Assembly: GCF_964355755.1 (NCBI RefSeq) | Contig: NC_092674.1 | Coordinates: 1,426,001-1,490,000, forward strand | Direction: 5' to 3' | DNA: 64,000 nt | Source: Antedon mediterranea | Lineage: Eukaryota > Animalia > Echinodermata | Part shown: positions 13,858 to 24,773 of the stretch, piece after piece | Layout: every line of letters begins with the position of its first letter | Numbering within the stretch: the first letter of the stretch is position 1 | The notes under the pieces: generated by a model | What the model was told of the DNA's origin: nothing | Seen by the model: the letters and a program-made list of their open reading frames with translations, nothing else | Databases searched by the model: none | Program-made: the position numbers and the translations under genes

Positions 13858-14733
13858 ATGATTAACGGAACTGACTGGATCTTTTGCCAACTTCCAGTAG
13901 TGTTCGCTTTGTCGCATTTTATAATCTCAATTTTAGTTTTACTTGCGAATGGCATGACGGTTGCTGCAGTTGTATCAGTAAAAGATCTTCAAAAACCGAA
14001 TTTTATCATTTTGACTAGCGTTGCGATCGTTGATTTTTCCACGGCTTGCTGGATGCTAACAGGACTTGGTAAATGGACTCAAACTGGACAGTTCTACTAC
14101 ACTGAAGATTACATAGGAAGCCTAGCATTCAACGTCACAACGTTTCACATTTTATTCTCTTACATCCATCACATATATTTGGTATCTGAGAGATATTTAG
14201 CGATTTTCTACCCTTACTTCTACGTGGCAAAGATAGACAACAAATCGGTTACAATAGCATTGGTTATCTCCTGGGCTGTGTGGATTGCACTTGCAGTATC
14301 CGTAACTCTAGAATATTCCATTGATGAATTCTTCCCGATTATTTTGATATTTTTAGGATTGACTTGTCTTCCTATGTATGGTTCCCATACTCGAATATAC
14401 CTCGAAGCTGGAAAGGTGTTCCGTGAAATTACGTCAATGAGTATCAGTAACAATCCAGCTGGCAACCATCACCAAAGACAGACAAGAACACAAAACTTCA
14501 AAGCGACCAGAACTACCGCCATAATTCTCGGAGCTTTTAGTATTTCAATGATACCGTATTTTCTTCAAATAGTCTATGAGTTAATTACTGGTAAAATAGC
14601 CGAAAGGGTTTGCAATATTGGCTTCTATCTTTCATCTTCGTTTGTGTATTTGAATTGTGTCATGAATCCGATCATTTACTATGTAACAAACACAAAATTC
14701 CGTAATTTTAACAAAAAAATAATGTGTAAATAA
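13858..14733 (+). CDS. Intronless rhodopsin-class (class A) GPCR, orphan, possibly chemoreceptor-like
   Basis: First ATG 13858; seven hydrophobic segments; TM1 N (LANG), TM2 D (AIVD), ERY (SERYLAI), TM4 W, TM6 P (MIPY), NPxxY (MNPIIY); N-terminal NGT sequon. Confidence 0.88.
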   Translation: MINGTDWIFCQLPVVFALSHFIISILVLLANGMTVAAVVSVKDLQKPNFIILTSVAIVDFSTACWMLTGLGKWTQTGQFYYTEDYIGSLAFNVTTFHILFSYIHHIYLVSERYLAIFYPYFYVAKIDNKSVTIALVISWAVWIALAVSVTLEYSIDEFFPIILIFLGLTCLPMYGSHTRIYLEAGKVFREITSMSISNNPAGNHHQRQTRTQNFKATRTTAIILGAFSISMIPYFLQIVYELITGKIAERVCNIGFYLSSSFVYLNCVMNPIIYYVTNTKFRNFNKKIMCK

Positions 14734-14771
14734 ACCTAAATAACTAACTATGATGTTTCATCCTTTTCACG

Positions 14772-14994
14772 TCTGAGTCAATTGGTGTTATTCTGAGTCA
14801 ATTGGTGTTATTCTGAGTCAATTTGTGTTATTCTGAGTCAATTGGTGTTATTCTGAGTCAATTGGTGTTATTCTGAGTCAACTGGTGTTATTCTGAGTCA
14901 ATTGGTGTTATTCTGAGTCAATTGGTGTTATTCTGAGTCAATTGGTGTTATTCTGAGTCAATTGGTGTTATTCTGAGTCAATTGGTGTTATTCT
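14772..14994. repeat. 20-bp minisatellite x11, each unit containing TGAGTCA
   Basis: TTCTGAGTCAATTGGTGTTA, starting about 40 bp after the GPCR stop codon. Confidence 0.95.
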
Positions 14995-16466
14995 CTGAAG
15001 CACAACACAAAAATGGAGGAGGGGGGAAGTGACACAATTATAGGCCTACATGACATATGGGAGGCCTAGGTTGCGTAGTCGCTAGTAGTGGGAACCACGA
15101 TTTAACCATATTATTAATGATTTATATTGATTGATATTGATTGATAACCATCTGATTATCATTAAGATTGAAACTAGATAGAACATCTGCATTGTTAAAA
15201 AAATTGGTTCTAGACGAAGTTTTTAAACTAAAATAGCTAGTTGACATATTTTGTTGAATAATTTAATCTGTCGTGTACTAATTGAAAATGTTTTTATTAA
15301 ATCCAAATTGATTATTTTTTACAAGCAAGGTGATATATCATTAATCCTTCAGTAATTGCAGTTCTCGACGACGCACATGATGACTTAAGACTTCATTTTT
15401 AAAATGATTTCATTCGATTTGCGATTAGATTAGTTAAAGGTCATAAAGAAATACGATTGCTTTTATGTTAAGATAATCAAGTACTTACTTACTTAGACTT
15501 AGTTCCTCCTGTTCTCTAAAGAACATTGGGCAGCAACATCTGATCTCCATTTCACTCGGTTTAGCGCTTGTGTCTTGGCATCCATCCTTCCAGTTGAGGA
15601 CCATTTTCTCGCCACTGTTCTATTTCAAGTACAATTTCTGTAAATTAAGTATTTAGACCTTTTACCATGTTAAAAAGTCTTATTAATTGTGTCAACTTAT
15701 TTGTAAGAAGTGAAAAAAAAGAGTGGAAATGATAAAGGTTCCCACGAAAGATAAACAAAAAGTTAATCAAGTTCTTTGGGCGTTAATTGACAATATCAAT
15801 GTTTATCCAAGTTATTACTATTGTTAAATCCAAATTAGAGATTATAGAAAATGCATTATTTCATCAGTTTGTGGATTGCGGTATTATCAATTAATTAATG
15901 CCTATTGCTGGTTAGGATTTTATACGCAACACAATGACGTACGGTAGCAAGCGAATTGACCAATAATAAGATAGTTCCAATAATCCGTCGCTTGTGATTG
16001 GCCAAAATAATCACTTGCGTTTTTGACTAATCATGGACAAATGAGCAGTCGATCCATCGCGTCATCATTGGTAAAGTGTTTAAAGCTATGTACGTCTACG
16101 CTATCAAACTTTATGAAAAAAATGTGATGTGCCCATATGGACACGATTATGTCATATCACTACCATATTTGGACATATCACATTCTTGTTTTTGTCAAAT
16201 CAGCAGTTTGATAGTGTAGACAAATCTTTATACTGTAGGCCTATTTATGCCTATATGACGATTTTAATTACAAGTTATGAAAAGGATAGGAGGATCGAAT
16301 GTGAAGATTACATTCGGCCCAATGCCTAAACCATTGCGACACAGTCACCATGTGTTTTCGACAGTATACTACAGTATTATTACGTATCATAAACTCGTAC
16401 AATCAAATAACACAAGATGCTTAATAGGTTATTTGTACACATTTAATTTTTACAGTACCATCATTA

Positions 16467-16645
16467 AGCGTGGTCCCCACTAGCGACGCAACACAAGGAC
16501 GTAACGCAACGCAAGTGAATTGACCAATCACAAGCGATGGCTTATTCGCTTGTGATTGGTAACTGTCTATAACTTCGCTTGTCAGTGGTTAAAACGCTTG
16601 CGTTGCGTTTACGTCCTTGCGTTACGTTCTAGTGGGAACCAAGCT
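16467..16645. mobile_element. Family-B MITE, full length
   Basis: TTA on both sides; same orientation and nearly the same sequence as 12998-13176. Confidence 0.9.
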
Positions 16646-17161
16646 TTACATCGCTAAACATAGTAAACACTAAACACAACAGTCATTCCATAAACATCAA
16701 TTAATTGTATTATAGTGTGTGATTTGGATACATAAGATTATGTTAGACTTAAGCTCTGTCTACACTATCAAACTTTTTTGACAAAAAAAAGTTTGATGTG
16801 CCCAAATTTGGTAGTGATATGACATCACCATGTCCGTATATGGGCACATAAAGTTTGATAGTGTAGACAAGGCTTTACAGTCATCTAAATATGAGGATGA
16901 GATATATTTCATTTTAACATTTTCATTAGAAATATAATCTTAAAACTAAATAGACACGAATACAAAACGTATACAAATTAAATCAATAACATCATAGCCG
17001 CACTTATCGACCGATAACAACTTATTACCAGAAAAAGAGAACTTTATTTTCAACAAATGGATAATATAAAAATACATCATTTACACACTATTCTAACCAT
17101 TATATAATTCATGACATTCTTCTGTCTATTGCCACTTTTATTAATTGAAACCGATTGAAAA

Positions 17162-18409
17162 CTATTGTGAATTGCTACGGCTCCGACTACTACAAGTTTG
17201 CCCGCTTGCACTTGAGTCACCGATTTCACTACTGCCTTTCGAGCTGTCGTCTTTGGATTTACTTATGTTTAATGGGTTGCTACAGCCTCTACACTTGCAG
17301 TCTTCACATCCTGCCTCTGCCATAAAACACGGACATCGCCGTCCCTGGCAAGTACTTGACGTCCCCCCTCCCGGTGACCAGGTTCCACAACGGCAACCCT
17401 GATGAATAACCAATTTTCTTCCTTCTCTCAATAGTTTAGCCCGTCGACCAGATATGATTAATTTCTTCTGCAGGTTCCTATTCGTTTTGGCGTAATTAAT
17501 GGCAGCTGATCGCATTGTTTTGTTATCCGTTATGGCCGATTCACTTTTCGTTCTGTATCCTCGAAAGTTTCTGAGTCTCCTTCCACGACCACGTTCTTTC
17601 TTGTTCATGAATTTGAGCGACCCTGCAGGAGCCGAGTGTCGTTTATATTTATTTTTACGAAATGATAAACCGTTTTGTTTGTTGTTATCTGATGATGGAA
17701 GTTGAGTTTTTTCAACGTCTTCACTACTGCACATATCATCTGACGTTGGCAATTGGTTCCCTGGTGTTGTGACGTCTTCTTGTGTCTTTGGCGAAGTGCC
17801 ACAATCATTCAAAACTGCTGAAGAACTCTGTTCTGTTTGTTGATTTGTTGTATTCGCAGCCTCTGAGTTTAATTTCACCTTTTTCTTTCGTCCTCTTTTC
17901 TTTGGAGTTAAAGTTGAAACACAATTTGATTTTGAGGATTGTAATAGAGCGATTATATCGAAATAAGACGCATTGCCAGTGTCCTCTGATCCATTGACAT
18001 TGATGGCCATTCCCTCGTACAAGAGCGCAAGGACGTTACTGGTTCCTCCGTTTGTGCCAACAAGATTTCTAGAGATGGGTGTGTCGGCAATATATTCGCA
18101 CATCTTTTTATAGCATAAGAGAAGAATTCGTAGCTGTTTCTTTTCAACAAATTGTGAGTAATCTGTACACCATCCACAGGCTGGTCGAAGTCTCTTTTTG
18201 CCTCCAATGCAACCTTGACATACATGATGTTGACATGTTGGATTCGAAGGTCCCATTGGTCCATTCAGTAGTTTTGTACAAACACAACACGACAAAGACT
18301 GACGTAAATACGGAAGCAAACGATACAGGTCGCCACCAGAATTTTCATTATTCAAGTCCGCATTTAAAATATAGCGACATGTTGTGATGTACAGACTTGT
18401 AGCGTCCAT
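17162..18409 (-). CDS. MSL2: E3 ubiquitin ligase male-specific lethal 2 homologue, single coding exon, 415 aa
   Basis: N-terminal MSL2-type RING (LYRLLPYLRQSLSCCVC...CQHHVCQGC...RPACGWC...LLLCYKKMCEYI) and C-terminal CXC domain (GCRCG...TCQGRRCPCF...CEDCKCRGCSNP). Confidence 0.96.
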   Translation of the reverse strand: MDATSLYITTCRYILNADLNNENSGGDLYRLLPYLRQSLSCCVCTKLLNGPMGPSNPTCQHHVCQGCIGGKKRLRPACGWCTDYSQFVEKKQLRILLLCYKKMCEYIADTPISRNLVGTNGGTSNVLALLYEGMAINVNGSEDTGNASYFDIIALLQSSKSNCVSTLTPKKRGRKKKVKLNSEAANTTNQQTEQSSSAVLNDCGTSPKTQEDVTTPGNQLPTSDDMCSSEDVEKTQLPSSDNNKQNGLSFRKNKYKRHSAPAGSLKFMNKKERGRGRRLRNFRGYRTKSESAITDNKTMRSAAINYAKTNRNLQKKLIISGRRAKLLREGRKLVIHQGCRCGTWSPGGGTSSTCQGRRCPCFMAEAGCEDCKCRGCSNPLNISKSKDDSSKGSSEIGDSSASGQTCSSRSRSNSQ

Positions 18410-18783
18410 GACAATAACTGTTATTAAGTAGTTGAAGTCATAAAACTATATAAATTGCGTTAATTTGACATTTTCCACTGCTTTCTGTGTCGTGTACGTC
18501 TTCGTAACTAACCGGAAGTTGGACTAATTTTTTTTACTGACTAGCGCCCTCTCTTACGAAAAGTTTACGTTGACATCATACTAGTCTTTAACAGAGTCGT
18601 AAATTGTATTTTAACAATGGTTTATAATGCTTTTAGTAATATCTGACCAACTGAACATTACTCAACTTAACTAATTGGTTAAAATCAATTAATCTTATTG
18701 TATTGTGACATTTTCATTTAAGCTTTATTAAGTACCCCGAGTTCTAATTTAATTTGACGGCTGGACACAATTTCAAGATGGCT
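18410..18783. promoter_or_regulatory. Compact bidirectional promoter between MSL2 and PCCB
   Basis: Divergent ATGs at 18409 and 18778; ETS site CCGGAAGT 18512-18519; CTCF-core-like CTAGCGCCCTCT 18541-18552; YY1-type CAAGATGGC across the PCCB start codon. Confidence 0.65.
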
Positions 18784-21700
18784 TCCATCATGTGGAGAGT
18801 TTCTCGGAGAGCTCTTACCCAAACAAATTTATTAAATAAAAATTTCAATAATTTGTCGGCACGATCATGTAGTCATCAGCTTTTGCAAGATGTAAAATCA
18901 AAGATTGAAAGAAAGAGACAACTTGCAAATGAAGGAGGAGGCCAACACCGAATTGATTCACAGCACAAAAAGGTAGGCCTCCCTCGCCTAGAGAGGCCTG
19001 GCCCTAGCCTAGGTAGGCTAGCTAGGCCAGGGAGGGTCAGGGAATTATGTTTCAATTCATCGGAGGACGCACACACGGAGAGGACGTTGACGTTGTGGTG
19101 GTAAAGTAGATAGTACCTGTACCTCCTAGTAGTACTAGTAGTGGACTAGTTTAGATGTAGCGTAGTAGTAGTATAGAAAGGTGCATGAAATTGTAGAGGA
19201 TGATGGGTGGCAGCTACAGACAATTGATGAATTAATTTATTGCATTTAGGATACTATTTTATTTATTTATAGGCCTAAATAATTATAATTATAGATAATA
19301 CTTAAAAGGCTTAGAGGGCCTAGATTAAAATAAATTATTATTAAATATTATTAATATTATTATTTTTATTATTAATCTTGGTAAAAAAAGATTTTTATTT
19401 TGAATAAATATTTGCCTCTTATTAGCCTAGGCTAGTTTACTTTTACCTTTAACTTTTTCAAAAATGCACGCAGTTTGGAAATGCATTATATTATAATGCT
19501 GTCATTATTATTAATATTATTTATTTTAAAGTGTTTAAATTTCACAGGGTAAGCTGACTGCAAGAGAACGAGTGAATTTGCTGATGGACCCTGGCAGCTT
19601 TGTTGAGTTTGATACATTTGTTGAACATCGGTGCACCGACTTTGGAATGGCTGAACCAAAAAACACAGCAAGTATCCAACAACTTAATAATATTAATCAA
19701 AGAAATAATAATCATTGCATATTATTTCTTTTACGAAACAATTTACGAAACACAACAAAATTAAATCTTTCAAAATAAATTTATTTTCTAGGCCATATTT
19801 TGTTCTCATATTACAACAAGGAAGAAACTTGAATGGATTTTGAACTAAACTATTTTGAACTAAACAAGTTTGTTGTTTATTTTTCAGTTTCCAGGCGATG
19901 GAGTTGTGACTGGGCATGGACATATCAATGGAAGAATTGCATTTGTGTTTAGCCAGGTAAGAAGAGCAGCTCAATCCAAGAGTACACCTTTTTCTTTCCC
20001 ATCCATCCATAAGACAAACATTTCCATCAAATAACTCATATTAATAAACAAAACAAAACAAAAGTAAAAGTCATTTTTGAGGTGAGAAAAAAGTTCATGC
20101 TTCAGACATGATATAAAATCAGGAGGGGTCACTATTAAGAATTTGATTAAGAATTTGAATAACATTGTAGAACTGTAACAAAAACATAACTGTTCCTTGT
20201 TCATAAAAGGATTTTACCGTTCATGGTGGTAGCCTGTCTAGTGCTAATGCCCAGAAGATTTGTAAAATAATGGACCAAGCAATGATGGTAGGGGCACCTG
20301 TTATTGGTCTGAATGATTCAGGGGGTGCAAGAATACAAGAGGGTGTAGAATCACTAGCTGGCTATGCTGATATATTCCAGGTAAGTTAACAGAGAGAGAC
20401 TCAATAAGTATTCTACATGGTAGCTGTATGGTAGCAAAAACATGTTTATTGTTTGGTGTGTTTTTCCCTTAGAGAAATGTGCTGAGTTCTGGAGTTATAC
20501 CACAGATTTCACTTATAATGGGCCCATGTGCAGGTAATATATTTATAGGAAAAATACAGTAATTTCTACAAACCAACACCCCATGATATAATATCTTCCT
20601 GTTGTCCTCAAATTTAGATCTTCTCTAAAAGTGGCAATACATTCTTCATAAGATATTATTTTTACTTTCATTTCAGGAGGTGCAGTGTACTCACCAGCAA
20701 TAACAGATTTTGTTTTTATGGTTCAGGTAAAATAAACATATTATTATAATAGTAAATTTTATATTTCTTTTATCACATAGTTTATAAGTTAATGTCTTTT
20801 TATTTTCTCTAGGATACCTCATACTTAGTTTATAAGTTAATCTCTTTTTATTTTCTCTAGGATACCTCATACTTAGTTTATAAGTTAATGTCTTTTTATT
20901 TTCTCTAGGATACCTCATACTTAGTTTATAAGTTAATGTCTTTTTATTTTCTCTAGGATACCTCATACTTAGTTTATAAGTTAATGTCTTTTTATTTTCT
21001 CTAGGATACCTCATACTTAGTTTATAAGTTAATCTCTTTTTATTTTCTCTAGGATACCTCATACTTAGTTTATAAGTTAATGTCTTTTTATTTTCTCTAG
21101 GATACCTCATACTTAGTTTATAAGTTAATGTCTTTTTATTTTCTCTAGGATACCTCATACTTAGTTTATAAGTTAATGTCTTTTTATTTTCTCTAGGATA
21201 CCTCATACTTAGTTTATAAGTTAATGTCTTTTTATTTTCTCTAGGATACCTCATACTTAGTTTATAAGTTAATGTTTTTTTATTTTCTCTAGGATACCTC
21301 ATACTTAGTTTATAAGGGTCTGTTTCTGCTGAAAAAATCAAAATAATCGATTTTTTCCAGTCACCGCAAACCACAAAAATAATCGCGTTGCAATTGAAAA
21401 TTGCTACGACTTTAATCGGTTATTCAGGTAATCGGTTTTTAAAATCACGTCATCATTCCCCCACAGCGCAGTTCAAGTTATGAAAGGCCGATGAGAGTTG
21501 GTTTGTTTACATCCTATCGCTGCCTAAAACTCTCACATGTAGGATTAAAAATTACTCTTACCTAAAGCTATATTATTTGTAAAATAAACATCTAGGCCTA
21601 CTACCGTACCACATACAACAGAATAATGATGTTATATTAATAAGGACACGTCGGCGAAAAAAGTACGTTTCGCCGTTCGTTGGTTCTACCTTCGGCCTAT

Positions 21701-24700
21701 ATAGGCTATATATTTCTACCGAAACAAGTCAACAGACAACAGGCCTAAACAATGTAAAACATCGTTAGCCTGGACTGGTGGTATGTAACGGGTGTACTTG
21801 TAACACAGAATCCTGGAGTCTCTCGGTATAATTCACCCCACAAAATAATAAAAATCAAATGTTTAACATTAATTGATTGTTATTCGGTCTACATCGCGAT
21901 CGTGGTTTTGCTGATCGTCGTCGATATCGCGCAAATAAACAGCATGCTTTGTGAAGTGAAGTTTGTCATACTCTAAAGGTCAAAGTGAGGTCAATAATCG
22001 CTATTTGTGTTGCAGCTCAAAACTGCTCCGCAATAATCGGTTAAAACAAGAAATAATCGATTAAAACACGCAATGGATTGAGTGTTTTTAATCGGTTATT
22101 TTTAATCGGTTATTTTATTTTGCGCCGTTTCTGCTGCCCAAAAATAATCAATTAAAAAAATAAACGGTTAATAATCGATTATTTCTGCTCAGCAGAAACA
22201 GGCCCTAAGTTAATGTTTTTTTATTTTCTCTAGGATACCTCATACTTAGTTTATAAGTTAATCTCTTTTTATTTTCTCTAGGATACCTCATACTTATTCA
22301 TAACAGGACCAGATGTCGTAAAGGTTTGTTTGCCGTATTTATAATGTTGACAGTTTTAATTAGATAAAATGTAGTTATTTTTACATTATAAATAAGTGTA
22401 TATGGTATAATTCCAATAACAGTATGCATTACAGTAATTAATCTTATTAATTATTATATATTTCAAAGGCTGTGAACAATGAAGATGTTACATTTGAAGA
22501 TTTAGGTGGAGCCACAGCGCATACAAAAAAATCTGGTAATTTTTCACTTTCACTGAATTACAACAATGAATAATTGTTACAATATATTTTTAAGATTGAA
22601 TAACCGTTATATTAATAAAAATTATTAAAATTGCAATAATGAGATGAATAAATGATTATACAATTCTATTGGTTGTTCCTACAGGCTGTGCACATGGTGC
22701 TTTTTCTAATGACATAGAGGCATTACAACATTTAAGAGACTTCTTTAATTATTTACCTCTGAGTAACAAAGATGAAGCACCTATACAGCAGTCTGATGAT
22801 TCTCCGTAAGTAATCATGCTGGATACAAGTTCTTCTTTTAATTTAGATTAATTCGTTCAGATAATTAGTTTCATACATGAAAGAATTTTATGTTGACAGA
22901 TTCTTTACAAGTTAATATTTCAATTTTCTTACTATTTTTTTAAAGAGATCGCTTAGTACCAGTATTAAACACAGTAGTACCGTTGGAGTCAAACAAGCCA
23001 TATGATATAATGGATGTTGTCCTTGCAGTAAGTACAATTCAAAAGTTGTGCCTTTAAAATGACTATAAACATTATTTAATATTGTTTTTCTTCTAAATTA
23101 TCAAGTGTCTTTATAATGAGAATATTTTCGGAAAAACTGAATTTTACGTAGTTTTGCGACATTTTTTTCTAGACTGTAGATGATCGCAAGTTCTTCCAGA
23201 TTATGCCAGATTATGCAAAAAATATTGTAGTTGGCTTTGCAAGAATGAACGGAAGAACAGTTGGCATTGTGGGTAATCAGCCTAAAGTTGCATCAGGTGA
23301 TTATTGGCTCAAATAATTACCATTTGTGAAGTCAGAATTGACATTTGATTTGAAATTTTGCCTCAAAGTATTGTGTTGTTAGCTACCTGTAGTAGAGTAT
23401 CTATAGCGTAAACATCCTCTATATTACATATTGAAATAATGGTAGTTCCTCTGTTGACCATTTTAGTGACTAGTTGTAGTTTCTTGATTTTCTAGGTTGT
23501 CTTGATATAAGTGCATCTGTGAAGGGTGCAAGATTTGTTCGTTTTTGTGATTCATTCAATATCCCCATCATCACATTTGTAGATGTACCTGGATTTTTAC
23601 CAGGTAAGTTTTAATATTGAGTGAAATTTAATTTATTGATTATACTATACAGTTCCCAAATATTTTTTACTAAATGTTGCTTTATTACACATTTAAGCAA
23701 ATGATATTATAGTTTAAATTACTAAAATATGTATTAAGTATGTACTTTTTTTCTGTTCCATAAGGTACAAGCCAGGAACATGGCGGGATAATCCGTCATG
23801 GAGCCAAGTTACTCTATGCCTATGCCGAGGCCACTGTACCCAAGCTGACTGTGATTACCAGGAAAGCATATGGAGGAGCCTATGACGTCATGAGCTCAAA
23901 ACATTTACGAGGGGACATAAATTATGCATGGCCTACTGCAGAGGTAGCAGTCATGGGGGCTCAGGCAAGTCTTGCACTTAAAGGGATACACGAATGTGGC
24001 CAAAAAAAAACGTTCTTGACACTACTAATGAGGCTAAAGAAAAGATGAACAAATTTACATTTAGAATATTGTCATTTGCAGGGTGCTGTTAAAATTATCT
24101 TTAGAGGAGATGATAATGTTGCAGAGGCTGAACAAGAATATATAGAGAAGTTTGCAAACCCTTTCCCAGCAGCTTCTAAAGGTAAGGTAGTGCTGGTGCA
24201 GTTGAGTCTATTGGATGGAAAACAAACTATAGTGATAGAGGGGGTGTTCATATTGTTGGGTGGTACATTTTATTGTATAGGATTGTATTGATAGACAGGG
24301 TTGTATTGTAAATAAGAGGTAATACTGACAAATATGATCTCAGTTTAGAATATAGTATAGCTAATATATATTAGATAGAAAAAAGGCTATAATGGTAGAG
24401 GTACATTGATATGAAGAGGCGCTATTTATAGAAATAACCTCTGCTGATAAAATATATTGGATAAGCTATTTTATAAACAGAGCTACGTTGAATTGTAACA
24501 AAAATATGTTCTATTTTTTTACTGTTATGGTCTCGGTTCTCTGTATGCAATCACTGATATTGGGGGGTTACGATTTCTTAAGTTTTCTTTAAATTTTGAT
24601 ATTACCTTCCAACACAATTGCCATCTATAATTCTTGTTTTATTTTTTTCAGGTTTTGTTGATGACATCATTGAACCAAGTACGACCAGGAAACGACTTTG

Positions 24701-24773
24701 CCGAGACTTGGATTTACTTTCTACAAAACAACTTAGCAATCCATGGAAAAAACATGGAAATATACCACTCTGA
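18778..24773 (+). CDS. PCCB: Propionyl-CoA carboxylase beta chain, mitochondrial; exons 18778-18972, 19548-19667, 19888-19956, 20210-20380, 20473-20533, 20677-20726, 22282-22323, 22469-22535, 22685-22805, 22946-23027, 23173-23296, 23496-23603, 23765-23964, 24082-24181, 24652-24773
   Basis: Arg-rich transit peptide then [116 protein letters not shown]; frames join if two donors are GC. Confidence 0.97.
20780..22296 (+). repeat. 48-bp tandem array made of the PCCB intron-6 acceptor plus the first 15 nt of exon 7 (13 copies, the 12th split by a MITE)
   Basis: Unit GTTTATAAGTTAATGTCTTTTTATTTTCTCTAG|GATACCTCATACTTA; 11 full units 20780-21307, unit 12 split at 21315/22206, unit 13 runs into the true exon at 22282. 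Confidence 0.97.
21316..22205. mobile_element. 890-bp non-autonomous PIF/Harbinger-type DNA transposon (MITE)
   Basis: TIR GGGTCTGTTTCTGCTGA ... TCAGCAGAAACAGGCCC (16/17 match), TAA duplicated at 21313-21315 and 22206-22208 (empty site visible in neighbouring repeat units), subterminal AATCGG/AATCGA repeats, no long ORF. Confidence 0.92.

Noticed and set aside
17145-18387. Short ORFs overlapping MSL2 (and similar ones over the GPCR, orphan A, DUF229, kringle and Spot14 exons)
   Set aside because: Shadow ORFs of real coding sequence with no recognisable motifs.
20691-21374. 227-aa minus-strand ORF with ([16 protein letters not shown])n
   Set aside because: Antisense reading of the 48-bp acceptor array; open only because the unit is a multiple of 3.
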